Assembly (NCBI GenBank): GCA_035940255.1 | Contig: DASZFA010000042.1 | Coordinates: 4,394-68,393, forward strand | Origin: Solirubrobacteraceae bacterium | GTDB lineage: Bacteria; Actinomycetota; Thermoleophilia; Solirubrobacterales; Solirubrobacteraceae | DNA: 64,000 nucleotides | Direction of reading: 5' to 3' | Shown here: positions 1 to 12,622 of the stretch, one piece after another | Position numbering within the stretch: the first letter of the stretch is position 1 | How the letters are laid out: each line of letters begins with the position of its first letter | Program-made: the position numbers and the translations under genes | Notes under the pieces: generated by a model | Told to the model about the DNA's origin: nothing | Databases searched by the model: none | The model's input: only the letters and a program-made list of their open reading frames with translations

Positions 1-553
1 CGTCGGCGATGTGCACCCACACGCGAGCGAGGCCATCGTCGAGCAGCTCGGCCGATATCGCGTCGTCGAAGTCCTCGGCCGTAACCGGGTCGATCGTGAA
101 TGTGGCCAGCTCGCGTAGGTCGCGACGCTCGTTCTCGGAGCGTCGGACGCGCTCCGCGGCCTCGCGCGCCTCCCGCTCGACGTCATCGGGGAAGCCTCGG
201 CGCAGGCCGCGATCGAGCATCAGCGCCTCGATCACGTCACGCGCCACGTCCGCGCGGCCGATCACGCGTAGGACGCGCGCTCCCGATCCGCGGGCAGGAC
301 GCTGGACGAGCACGATGTCGCCTGCGCTTGCGCGAACTCCGCCGCCCCGCGCCGAGCCCGACGATCCCACGACCATCCGCGCGGAGCCGCGCCTGCGTGG
401 CGGGCCGCCGGCGACGTCACGTCGCGGAAACAGCGGCTCTGCGGTGAGGAAGCGCCCGCGGCGCTCGAGCAGTGCCACGATCGCGCCGGCGGGCGCGGGT
501 CCCGCGGTCGCGGCGCCGGCGACGACCCGCCGCCGCGTGCGGGGGCTGCTCAC
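1..553 (-). CDS. rnr: Ribonuclease R / RNB-domain exoribonuclease, N-terminal part (runs off window)
   Basis: Manual translation of the minus strand gives RRDLRELATFTIDPVTAEDFDDAISAE...VWVHIAD (RNB catalytic motif). The in-frame GTG at 551-553 overlaps the ctpA stop (GTGA). Confidence 0.85.
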   Translation of the reverse strand, partial: MSSPRTRRRVVAGAATAGPAPAGAIVALLERRGRFLTAEPLFPRRDVAGGPPRRRGSARMVVGSSGSARGGGVRASAGDIVLVQRPARGSGARVLRVIGRADVARDVIEALMLDRGLRRGFPDDVEREAREAAERVRRSENERRDLRELATFTIDPVTAEDFDDAISAELLDDGLARVWVHIAD

Positions 554-1770
554 TTGACCTTCGTCGCGAGGGTGCTGAGCGCGGCGTTCAGGCCCTGAGG
601 GCGGTCGACGACGCCCTGGCCGACCGCTACGTCGGGGGTGATGCCGGCGCCCTCCTTGACCCCACCTCCGCCGAGGTTGCGCCCATTCGGGGTGAAGTAC
701 TCGCCCACCGTGATGTCGAGGGCGCCGCCGTTGGACAGCGGCTCCTCCTCCTGGAAGACGCCCTTGCCGAACGTGTGCGTGCCGACGACGATCGCGCGGC
801 GGTGGTCCTGCAGCGCAGCGGTGACGATCTCTGACGCCGATGCCGTGTTGGAGTCCACGAGCACGACGAGCGGGATCGAGCTTGCGATTGCGTCGCCTGT
901 CGCGGCCAACGTCTGTGTGGGCTGGCTGCGGCCTCGTGTCGTGACGATCGTCCCCTTCGGGATGAATATGCTCGCGATCAGCTGCGCCTCCTCGACCAGG
1001 CCGCCACCGTTGGAGCGCAGGTCGAGCACGATGCCGCGCGCGCCCTGGCGCAGCATGTGTTCGACGGCTTCGCGGACTTCGCCGTGCGCACCCGGGCTGA
1101 AGGTCGCAAGGGCGACCACGCCGAGCTTGACGCCATGCACGGTCTTGATCGCGGAGGCGACGACCGGCTGTGAGATGGTCGCGCGGGTGATCGTGAGCGT
1201 GCGGGCGGCGCTACGCCTGGCGCGCGGAGCCGTCTTGCGTTCGATCGCGATCTTGACGTCGGTGCCGGGCTGGCCCTTGATTAGCGAGATCGCGGCGTCG
1301 GCCGACAGCCCTTCGAGCCTACGACCGTTTACGGCGACGATCAGCTCGCCTGGCTGAAGGCCCGCACGCGCGGCGGGCGATGCGTCGAACACGCGCCCGA
1401 TCAGCAGTCCCCGTCGTTCCGGTCCGACGGCAACGCCGATGCCGGTGAAGCTGGGCGGCGAGTTGAACTGGCGAAATTCACTCGGCGTGAGGTAATGCGA
1501 GAAGCGGTCGCCGAGGCTCTTGACGACGCCCGCGAGAGAAGCGTTCGAGAGCTGGCTCGTGGAGATCGGGCGGTAGTAGTCGCTCGCGATCCTCTGAATC
1601 GCTTCGTCCACGACGCGTGTCTGATGGTCGGCAACGAGCGCGTTGCGGACGAAGCCGGGCAGCCGGTCGGGATGCCCGCCCAGCCAGATGCCCGCGATCA
1701 GCAGGATCGGGAGCAGCACCACGAGGATGGCTGGCAACGGCGGTCGTCGTGAGGGAGGCATGGACTGCAA
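550..1770 (-). CDS. ctpA: S41 family carboxyl-terminal processing protease (PDZ + S41)
   Basis: N-terminal TM segment, PDZ (FTGIGV), DLRSNGGGL, TASASEI, TFGKG motifs. Start may be the ATG at 1761. Confidence 0.9.
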   Translation of the reverse strand: MQSMPPSRRPPLPAILVVLLPILLIAGIWLGGHPDRLPGFVRNALVADHQTRVVDEAIQRIASDYYRPISTSQLSNASLAGVVKSLGDRFSHYLTPSEFRQFNSPPSFTGIGVAVGPERRGLLIGRVFDASPAARAGLQPGELIVAVNGRRLEGLSADAAISLIKGQPGTDVKIAIERKTAPRARRSAARTLTITRATISQPVVASAIKTVHGVKLGVVALATFSPGAHGEVREAVEHMLRQGARGIVLDLRSNGGGLVEEAQLIASIFIPKGTIVTTRGRSQPTQTLAATGDAIASSIPLVVLVDSNTASASEIVTAALQDHRRAIVVGTHTFGKGVFQEEEPLSNGGALDITVGEYFTPNGRNLGGGGVKEGAGITPDVAVGQGVVDRPQGLNAALSTLATKVK

Positions 1771-1878
1771 GCAAGCGTATCCGGGGGCGCCGCTCTTCGA
1801 GGCGGGCTCACGCAGACCGTTGAGAGGCTTCAGATCAGCGTAGCAACGGGTTTCGGGCGAACCTTCTAGTGTGAGGCG

Positions 1879-3129
1879 ATGGCCAGCATCAGCTCCAGCG
1901 TCGTCCCCTCCAACGGCCTACCCGTGCACCGGATCGAGCTTCCCGGGACGCGGGCGTTGACCGTGCTCGTCGCGTTCGACGCCGGCGCGCGCAACGAGCG
2001 CCCGGAGGAGAATGGGATGGCTCACTTCCTAGAGCATCTGGTCTTCAAGGGCGGGGAGAGCTACCCCACTTATAAGGACGTCAACGAGACCGCCGAGCGG
2101 CTGGGCGGCGTGCTGAACGCCTATACGAGCCACGACCTGGTGGCCTTCCACATCACCGTGCGGGCCGAGAGCGCCCTGCGGGCGATCGACCTGCTGAGCG
2201 ACTTCGTGGGGCGTCCGCGGCTGGACGCTGAGGAGCTCGACCGCGAGCGTGGCGTCGTGATCCAGGAGATCAACCGTGCGTATGACCAGCCATCGGTAGT
2301 CGCCGAGTACTTGATCGACCGGGCGGCATTCGGCGAGCACCCGCTTGGGCGCACGGTCCTGGGACCGGAGGAGAACCTGAGGAGCTTCAGCCGCGAGGGC
2401 ATCGTCGCCTTCCGCGAGCGCCGCTGGGCCGGCTCGCACGGTGGAGCGTTCCTGGCTGGCAACCTGGAGCACCTCCCGCCGGAGGAGCCGCTGCTTGAGT
2501 TCTTCGCCCGCTTTCCGGCCCTCCCGCCGCCCGGCCCCTACGTCCCGGTCCCCGACTTCGTCCCCGAGAAGCTGGTCGAGACTCGGGACACGAACCAGTC
2601 GCACCTGCGCATGATCTACCGGCCGCAGATCGCCGTCACTGACGTGCGCGAAAAGGCCGCACTGTCGATCTACGGGACGCTGCTTGGAGGCTCGATGGGC
2701 TCACGCCTGTTCGAGGAGATCCGCGAGAAGCGCGGCCTCGCCTACTCGGTCTACGCCGGCGATCACGCGTTCGCCGACGTGCCGATCCTGCAGCTCGGCG
2801 CCGGGCTCGAGTCGGCGAAGACGATCGAGGCCTACACGCGGATGCGGGGGATCGTGGATGAGCTGCGCGAGCAGGGGCCGACGGAGGAGGAGGTCGAGCG
2901 CGCCCGCGCCTACGCCGCGGGACGGCTCGTGCTCGCGTTCGAGAACACCAACGCGGTGGCCCGCTATGCGGCCAACCAGAAGATCGTCTTCGGCGAGGAC
3001 ATCGACCCCGACGCGGCGATAGCGGCCCTGGACACCGTCAGCTTCCAGGAGGTCCGCGACGTGGCTGCCGGCGTGGCAGACAACCTCGCCGTGGCAGTCG
3101 TGGGCCCGCACACTGCGGACGAGTTCTAG
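1879..3129 (+). CDS. M16 (pitrilysin) family zinc peptidase
   Basis: HFLEH (HxxEH), NAYTS, SRLFEEIREKRGLAY. Confidence 0.9.
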   Translation: MASISSSVVPSNGLPVHRIELPGTRALTVLVAFDAGARNERPEENGMAHFLEHLVFKGGESYPTYKDVNETAERLGGVLNAYTSHDLVAFHITVRAESALRAIDLLSDFVGRPRLDAEELDRERGVVIQEINRAYDQPSVVAEYLIDRAAFGEHPLGRTVLGPEENLRSFSREGIVAFRERRWAGSHGGAFLAGNLEHLPPEEPLLEFFARFPALPPPGPYVPVPDFVPEKLVETRDTNQSHLRMIYRPQIAVTDVREKAALSIYGTLLGGSMGSRLFEEIREKRGLAYSVYAGDHAFADVPILQLGAGLESAKTIEAYTRMRGIVDELREQGPTEEEVERARAYAAGRLVLAFENTNAVARYAANQKIVFGEDIDPDAAIAALDTVSFQEVRDVAAGVADNLAVAVVGPHTADEF

Positions 3130-3728
3130 ACGCCCGCGTCCGGCGCGTCTTTGGCCTTGGGACGAAGAGGCGGCGGCTCGGCCTGAGCGCGACGTAAGGC
3201 CCGAAGCTCCGCCAGCCTCTCGACACGCGGATCGTCGCCGACCATCTCGCGGACCCAGCGCATCGCCTCATCGACGTCGAGCGATCGCGCCTCGACCATC
3301 GCTTCGATGTCGACCCAGTCGCGCGGGCGCGCGAACATCGCCTTGAACACGGCGAGGCCGGTGCAGTCGAGAACGGGGATCGTGCGATCACCGAAGGAGA
3401 CGTTTCGGATGTTGCGCTCGACCTCGTCGTGGAAGGGCAGCACGCTGAAGAAGACGTCGATCGGTGTCGCGTCCCACAGCAGTCGCACCTGGCCGTCCCG
3501 TTCCGCGACCTCAAGATCCCTTGCGGTCACGCGGACGCCGTCCGGCAACGCCGCAAGCACTTCTCGCGTTCGGCTCGGCGCGAGGAAGACGTTGACGTCC
3601 ACGTCCTGTGTACCGCGCGCCTCGAGCGTGCAGTAGCCGAGAGCGATGGCCCCGCCGATGGCATGCGGCAACCCGGCCGCCCGCAGGGCGTCGTGGACGG
3701 CGAGCATGCGGTCAGCGACGCCGATCAC
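3126..3728 (-). CDS. Nucleotidyltransferase-fold protein (AbiEii/MenT-like putative toxin)
   Basis: GGAIAL...RGTQDVDV (GG...R.T.DxD) and C-terminal K..FARPRDWVD; start/stop overlap with the upstream HTH gene. Confidence 0.7.
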   Translation of the reverse strand: MIGVADRMLAVHDALRAAGLPHAIGGAIALGYCTLEARGTQDVDVNVFLAPSRTREVLAALPDGVRVTARDLEVAERDGQVRLLWDATPIDVFFSVLPFHDEVERNIRNVSFGDRTIPVLDCTGLAVFKAMFARPRDWVDIEAMVEARSLDVDEAMRWVREMVGDDPRVERLAELRALRRAQAEPPPLRPKAKDAPDAGV

Positions 3729-4057
3729 GATGCCAGCCGGATCAGTGGCGGGTAGGTCAACTCGCCGCGTTGCTTCGACGGCATGCGATCGGCGAGCTCG
3801 AGCACCTGGATCAGAACCTCGCCGGAGCGCTCCAGCGCATCGGCGTCGGCGAGGGGCGAGATCTCCAGCTCCAACCCTGCTGCGCGCGCGATCCGAGCCA
3901 GCGCCGCAACCGATGGCTGGCGGTGAGCGTGCTCGTAGGCGCTCAGCACCGACGACTGCAGCCCGGAGCGGCGCGCGAGCTCGGCTTGGCTCAGGCCCGA
4001 GGTGCGCCGGATCTGGGCGATCAGCTCGCCGGCGACCCGATCGTTGCTGCCAGACAT
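3725..4057 (-). CDS. XRE/Cro helix-turn-helix protein (putative antitoxin)
   Basis: GLSQAELARRSGLQSSVLSAYEHAHRQPS HTH_3 signature. Confidence 0.85.
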   Translation of the reverse strand: MSGSNDRVAGELIAQIRRTSGLSQAELARRSGLQSSVLSAYEHAHRQPSVAALARIARAAGLELEISPLADADALERSGEVLIQVLELADRMPSKQRGELTYPPLIRLAS

Positions 4058-4067
4058 GGCCTTATCG

Positions 4068-4113
4068 TAGCACTTCCGCTAATAACTAGCCCTATTCGTT
4101 AGCGAAATCGCTA
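4068..4113. promoter_or_regulatory. Two TAGC-N6-GCTA inverted repeats (putative autoregulatory operators)
   Basis: TAGCACTTCCGCTA at 4068-4081 and TAGCGAAATCGCTA at 4100-4113, in an AT-rich gap just upstream of the XRE gene. Confidence 0.6.
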
Positions 4114-4115
4114 TG

Positions 4116-5222
4116 TCAGCCGATCGCGACCATGCGGTCGATCGGCACCCGCGCCCGAGTCGCGATCTCCTCGGGGACGCGAACCTCGAACTTCATCTCC
4201 CGCAGCGCGTCGCGCAGCTTCGGCAGGGTGATCATCTTCATGTACACGCACTCGGCCAGCGGGTTTGCGGGGATGAAGTCGATGTGCGGGGCGGCCATCC
4301 GCAGCGGGTAGAGCATCCCCGTCTCGGTCGCGACCACGGCCTCCCGTAGCTTGCCGGGGACGTCCGCGGTGGTCCGCTCGGATGAGTGCTCGAGGCCCGG
4401 TTCGCGGACCTGTGCATCGGACTCCGGCGCCGGTGCACGATCGGCCGACTCGGCGAACTTCAGCATCCCCCCGGTGGACAGCATGTGCACGCCCTCAGAG
4501 GAGATGTCGCCCGCGGCGACGTACTCCATGACACTCGTCGAGCACCCGCACTCGGGGTGGATGAGGAAGTCGGCGCCCGGGTGGGCTGCCCGGGTCGCTT
4601 CGATGTCGCTCGGACGGATGCCGGCGTGGACATGGCACTCCCCGTCCCACACGTGCATGCGCCGGCCCAGCTGCTTCTCGACGTAAGCCCCCAGCCACAT
4701 GTCCGGGCCGAAGAGGATCTCGGTCTCCTCGCCGTGGGTCTCGTAGATGTGGCGCACGACGTCCACCGCGTTGGCCGAGGTGCAGCAGTAGTCGGTCAAC
4801 GCCTTCACCTCGGCGGTCGTGTTCACGTACATCACCACCACGCCCTCCGGGTATTGCGCACGCCAGTCGGCGAGCTGCTCCGCGTCGATCGACGCGGCGA
4901 GCGAGCAGCCGGCGTCGAGGTCCGGGATCAGCACGGTCTTCTCGGGGCAGAGGATGGAGGCGGTCTCGGCCATGAAGTGCACGCCGCAGAAGACGATCGT
5001 CTCGCCGTCGGCGCGCGCGGCCTCGCGCGAGAGCCCCAGGGAGTCGCCGACGTAATCGGCCACGTCCTGCACCTCGGGCACCTGGTAGTTGTGCGCGAGG
5101 ATCACGGCACCGCGCTGCTGGGCCAGGGCACGCACCTCGGCCTTCAGCGCCTCGATCTCCGCGGACGAGAGCGTCGTACGCGTCGGGGCCATTGGCAAAG
5201 TCGGGGCCATGGGCAGGTTCAT
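4116..5222 (-). CDS. nadA: Quinolinate synthase
   Basis: ILAHNYQ, GDSLGLS, FCGVHFMAE, GCSLA, GECHVH, HPEC, CVYMK. The ATG at 5220-5222 overlaps the nadC stop. Confidence 0.95.
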   Translation of the reverse strand: MNLPMAPTLPMAPTRTTLSSAEIEALKAEVRALAQQRGAVILAHNYQVPEVQDVADYVGDSLGLSREAARADGETIVFCGVHFMAETASILCPEKTVLIPDLDAGCSLAASIDAEQLADWRAQYPEGVVVMYVNTTAEVKALTDYCCTSANAVDVVRHIYETHGEETEILFGPDMWLGAYVEKQLGRRMHVWDGECHVHAGIRPSDIEATRAAHPGADFLIHPECGCSTSVMEYVAAGDISSEGVHMLSTGGMLKFAESADRAPAPESDAQVREPGLEHSSERTTADVPGKLREAVVATETGMLYPLRMAAPHIDFIPANPLAECVYMKMITLPKLRDALREMKFEVRVPEEIATRARVPIDRMVAIG

Positions 5223-6055
5223 GGCAGAGACTCCATCGTCAGCGAAAGGTCCAGCGCGGGCGCCGAGTGGGTGAGCGCCCCCATCGAGATCCATTCTATC
5301 CCCGCCAGCGCCCGTGCCCGAAGCGTCTGCAGCGTCACCCCTCCGCTCGCCTCGAGCCGTGCCCTGCCGCCCACCTGCGCGACCGCCGCGCGAAGCTGCC
5401 CCTCGTCCATGTTGTCGAGCAGCAGGCGCGGCGCACCCGCCGCCAGCGCCTGATCGATCTCCTGCGGATCGCGAACCTCGACCTCGAGCGTGTCGGCCAG
5501 ACCGGGGGCCGCCGCACGCGCGCGGGCGACGGCCTGGGCGATGCCGCCGGCCGCGGCGATGTGGTTCTCCTTGATCAGGATCGCGTCATACAGCCCGGCG
5601 CGGTGGTTGTCCGCGCCGCCCGCCGCCACGGCCGCCTTCTCCAGCGTGCGCATGCCCGGGGTCGTCTTGCGCGTGTCCAGCACCGTGGCCCCCGTCCCCT
5701 GCACCTCGCGCGCGGCCCGCGCGGCCATCGTCGCCACCCCGGAGAGGTGTCCGAGAAAGTTCAGCGCGGTCCGCTCCGCGGTGAGCAGCGCCCGGGCGGC
5801 GCCCTCGATCGACATCACCGGGCCGCCCTCCTCGCGCCAGGCGCCCTCAGGCGCGAGCCGCTTGACGAGCGCGTCCGGGTCGAGCTCGAGGAAGGCCAGC
5901 TCGGCCGCCCGCATGCCGTAGATGACCCCCGGCTGCTTCTGGGTGATCAGCGCCCTCGCCCGGGCGTCCGGGGCGACCGTCGCTTGCGTGGTGACGTCCC
6001 CCGAGCCGACGTCCTCCGCCAGCGCCCGCCGTACCAGCGCCGTGAGCTCGTCCAC
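5219..6055 (-). CDS. nadC: Nicotinate-nucleotide diphosphorylase (carboxylating)
   Basis: ALAEDVGSGDVTT, DTRKTTPG, NHRAGLYD, KENH, LLDN, EASGG; GTG start inferred at 6055. Confidence 0.95.
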   Translation of the reverse strand: MDELTALVRRALAEDVGSGDVTTQATVAPDARARALITQKQPGVIYGMRAAELAFLELDPDALVKRLAPEGAWREEGGPVMSIEGAARALLTAERTALNFLGHLSGVATMAARAAREVQGTGATVLDTRKTTPGMRTLEKAAVAAGGADNHRAGLYDAILIKENHIAAAGGIAQAVARARAAAPGLADTLEVEVRDPQEIDQALAAGAPRLLLDNMDEGQLRAAVAQVGGRARLEASGGVTLQTLRARALAGIEWISMGALTHSAPALDLSLTMESLP

Positions 6056-6057
6056 TC

Positions 6058-7174
6058 CTATCCGCCCGAGGAGGCGGCGGACAGCAGGAACGCACGCACG
6101 AATCCATCGAGGTCTCCATCGAGAACGCGCTGCACGTCGCCCATCTCGTAACCGGTGCGGTGGTCCTTGACCATCGTGTACGGGTGCAGGACATAGGAAC
6201 GGATCTGCGAGCCGAAGTTCACATCCTGCGCCTCCCCCTTCTCCTTCGCGATCTCCGCCTGGCGTTCGCGCTCCTGGCGCTCGAGCAGCTTCGCGCGCAG
6301 CATCGCCATCGCCGTCGCCCGGTTGGAGGACTGCGAGCGCTCGTTCTGGCACTGAACGACGGTGCCCGTCGGCCGGTGCGTGATGCGGACCGCTGAGTCT
6401 GTCTTGTTGACGTGCTGGCCGCCGGCGCCCGAGGCGCGGTAGGTGTCGACCTGCAGATCGTCCTCGTTGATCTCGACCTCGGCCGTATCCTGCACGACCG
6501 GCGCGACCTCAACACCGGCGAAGCTCGTCTGCCGGCGGTGGGCCGAGTCGAACGGCGACAGGCGTACGAGCCGGTGGACGCCGCGCTCGGCCCCGAACAG
6601 CCCGTACGCGTTCTCGCCCGAGGCGCGGAACGTGGCCGACTTGATCCCGGCCTCCTCTCCCGGGCTCACCTCGAGCAGCTCGATCTCAAAGCCGCGGCGC
6701 TCGGCCCAGCGCATCTCCATGCGCAGCACCATCTCGGCCCAGTCCTGCGCGTCGGTCCCACCCGCACCCGCGTTCACGCTGACGAGCGCGTCGCCCGTGT
6801 CGTAGCGTCCAGAGAAAAGACGCTGCTCCTCGAGCTCCGCCAGCCGCTCCTCGACCGACACGATCTGCGCCTCGACCTCGGACAGCAGCGACTCCTCCTC
6901 GGTGGCCATCTCGAGCAGCCCGTCGAGATCCTCGGCGTCGGCCTGAAGCGCGGTGAACATCTGCAGGCGCCTCGAAGCCCGCGAGTGCTCGGCCGACACC
7001 GCGGCGGCCCGCTCGGAGTCATCCCAGAATCCGGGCTCCCCCATCTCCCCCTCGAGCGCCGCCACGCGCCCGGCCAGCGCAGCCGGGTCAAAGATAGTCC
7101 GCGAGGAGCTTCAGCTGCTCGCGGATTGCGGCGAGGCGCTGGGGGATCGACTCGCTTGGGGCGCTTGTGGCCAT
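6058..7174 (-). CDS. prfB: Peptide chain release factor 2 (programmed +1 frameshift at 7087-7093)
   Basis: SPF and GGQ motifs. A 28-codon ORF from ATG 7174 ends CTT TGA C, and the +1 frame continues into the RF2 body. Confidence 0.95.
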
Positions 7175-7204
7175 GCCCTCACGCTATCAGCGCACGGCTG
7201 CGCG

Positions 7205-10072
<2,868 letters not shown>

Positions 10073-10123
10073 GCGCCAAGGATAGCTGTCGGGCGAGCTC
10101 CCTCTGCGCGTTGCCCGCGCCCG

Positions 10124-12418
10124 TCAGCCGCCGAAGCTGGAGGTGATCGGCGCGGCTCCGCCGGGACAGTCGGCGAGCGTCACCCTGAGCGGGCCGTCGC
10201 TCGTGACGTGCAGCTGCGCCGCGCAGTCGACCTTCGCCCTGGCGGCGTCGATCGTGACGTTCGAGGCGTTGCGGGCGGTGATGTCGAGTGCGTCGGCGAC
10301 CGGCGCGGCGGGGGCTCCCCCCCAGGTCTTGCTCTGGCTCGTGAAGGGGATCGCCGGGATCTGGCCTCCCGTCAGCGCGCCGGTTCCATGCTGCGTGGCG
10401 GAGGGCGCCGGGTCCGCGACTCCGAATCCCTCCGAGCGCACGTCGACGGTGCCGAGCGGCGCGCTGCCTTCCCCGTTTCGCAACGTGATCCCGTAGACCC
10501 AGTAGGCGTGGCCGGCGGTCGTCCCGTCGGCCGGGAAGTCCATCGTCGGGTTGTACGTGTAGGTCACGTGCGGCGGGTTGGGCTGCACGGTGTTCGTGCC
10601 GAGGAACGCCGCCGCCGGGGAGTATTCGTCGTTGATCGCAAGCGTCAGGTGGTCGCCGGCCTGGAACTGGTCGAATTCGTAGCGGTAGCCGAGGCTGTCG
10701 AACGTGTTCACCTGTTCGAGCACGCCGGCGATCGGCACGAGCTCGTCCGTGGTCTCGTCCCAGATCAAAAACGGCACGTTGCGCACCGACGCGAGCATGC
10801 GCTGCGTGAGCGACTGGGTGCCGCCCGGCTGCGGTTCGGCGGGCGGCAGCCAGATGCCCAGTCCGGGCGGACCGACCGTCGGCTGTGCCTTGGCGAACAG
10901 ATCCGGGAACTGGCTGGTGAACTTGTACGTCCCGTACCCGCCCATCGAGTAGCCGGCGATATCGGTAAACGAAGGGTTCAGCTGGTAGTGGGAGGCAGCG
11001 TCCGCCCACACTTCGAAGGTGTCGGCCCCAGCGTGGTCGTAGTACCAGCCGTCGGGTCCGCGCCCGGACGGCGTGATCACGATCGAGCCCGAGCCGCGGT
11101 TTGCGAACTGCGACTGGTTGCGCGAGCCCTCGAACTGGTTGTAGTTGGCCGACAGCGAGTGCAGCAGCAGCGTCAGGCCGAAGCCGCCGGCGGGTGCTGC
11201 TCCGCTCGGAACATAGATCGCGTAGGGCAGCAGCTGGCCTCGCATCTCGCCGATGCACGCTTGCGAAGAGCCGCAGCCACCGGTGGCGTAGTCGGCACCC
11301 TGGCCGTCGGAGAAGTGCGAGGCGAGGATCCGGGCGAAGGCACCCGTCTGCGGTACGCCCGTGGGTCCGTTCGGCATGTCGTCGTTGACTTTCGAGTGCA
11401 GCTTGGCGAAGTCCACTGATGCGAAGAAGGGGCTGATATCGCCTTTTGTCAGCGCCTGCGCCTGTGCTGACTCGCGCCAGTATGCGGGGTTCGCCGTGCT
11501 TTCGGGCCCCGGCGTGCCGGGCACGGGCTCCTGCGCGTTGAAGCGGAATGCGACGTCGAAGAAGGCCGGGGGCGCGGGGTCGGGGCCGGCCCCACCGGGC
11601 TGCGTGGCGCTTCGCTGCGCTACTGGCAGCAGGTAGCTGTTGGCGGAGGCGTTCCACAGGCCGACGCCGGCTGCAAGACGCACTGTCGCGTTGCCCGGGT
11701 TCCACTCGCTGTGGGGCACGAGTACCGTGATCTGCCGGCGCACGAGATCGACGCTGACGCTCGGCGCGGGACCTGCGACTTCTTTCCCGGTCAGCGCGTC
11801 GGTGAGCACGGCCGTGCTTCCGTGGATCGTGAGGAAGTAGCGCGCCGGAGCACTCACGTTGGCGCCGAAGGGGAATGGATGGGTTTCGCCCGCCGTTCCC
11901 CCGATCGCGATGGCGGTCGAGATCAGTTGGGCGTTCTCCAGCGTGTTGAGGGTGATGCGGAACGCCGTGGCGCCAGAGAGCGGCTTGACGCGCAGCTCGA
12001 TGAGGTTGGCAGCGTTTTCGTCGTAGCCGGGACCGCTCGGATAGTCGTATGTGCCGGTCGGCGCCGAGAAGAGGTCTCCGCCGGAGGAGTCGCCACCGGG
12101 CGAGTGCATCGGGTTGGTGGGATCGGTGAGGAGCTTCGCGCCGTGATCGTCGTATACGTAGCCCTGGTAGACGAACTCGCCCTGCCTGTAGGCGCTCGCG
12201 CCAGAGACGAGTATCGACGGAGCTCGCCAGACCGACCCCCGTTCGTTTTCAAGCTGGGGAGCGCGCGCCGGTGGTTCATAGAGGAGCGCCGGTCCCGGGG
12301 GCGGAGCGCTTCCTTCTTTGGCCGGGAGCGACGAGGAGGCACCGAACGCGAAGGGCGCGGTCAGCATCGAACCGACTGCGAAGGCCCCCGACACAGCAAG
12401 TAGACCACGTACCCCCAT
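10124..12418 (-). CDS. Secreted alpha/beta-hydrolase (esterase/peptidase) with N-terminal beta-rich domain
   Basis: Signal peptide, LLLHSL, nucleophile elbow GYSMGG, D-ELVP and GDH catalytic-triad candidates. Confidence 0.75.
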   Translation of the reverse strand: MGVRGLLAVSGAFAVGSMLTAPFAFGASSSLPAKEGSAPPPGPALLYEPPARAPQLENERGSVWRAPSILVSGASAYRQGEFVYQGYVYDDHGAKLLTDPTNPMHSPGGDSSGGDLFSAPTGTYDYPSGPGYDENAANLIELRVKPLSGATAFRITLNTLENAQLISTAIAIGGTAGETHPFPFGANVSAPARYFLTIHGSTAVLTDALTGKEVAGPAPSVSVDLVRRQITVLVPHSEWNPGNATVRLAAGVGLWNASANSYLLPVAQRSATQPGGAGPDPAPPAFFDVAFRFNAQEPVPGTPGPESTANPAYWRESAQAQALTKGDISPFFASVDFAKLHSKVNDDMPNGPTGVPQTGAFARILASHFSDGQGADYATGGCGSSQACIGEMRGQLLPYAIYVPSGAAPAGGFGLTLLLHSLSANYNQFEGSRNQSQFANRGSGSIVITPSGRGPDGWYYDHAGADTFEVWADAASHYQLNPSFTDIAGYSMGGYGTYKFTSQFPDLFAKAQPTVGPPGLGIWLPPAEPQPGGTQSLTQRMLASVRNVPFLIWDETTDELVPIAGVLEQVNTFDSLGYRYEFDQFQAGDHLTLAINDEYSPAAAFLGTNTVQPNPPHVTYTYNPTMDFPADGTTAGHAYWVYGITLRNGEGSAPLGTVDVRSEGFGVADPAPSATQHGTGALTGGQIPAIPFTSQSKTWGGAPAAPVADALDITARNASNVTIDAARAKVDCAAQLHVTSDGPLRVTLADCPGGAAPITSSFGG

Positions 12419-12622
12419 CCAGTGCGTAGAGCTACCCGGCGAGTCTGCGTTCTAAACGTTGGCGGGACCGCGTGGTTGCCGGCGTCAGCGCTCGGTGTCC
12501 GGAGCCCGTCGTGGGGATCCGGTCCAACGGCCCGGGTACGCGGCAGGCGGCGAGTTCGAGTCGAAGATGTCCAGCCCCCAGCGGCACCGGAGGCGGGCCG
12601 GGTCGGGCCGCTCGCGCCTGCC

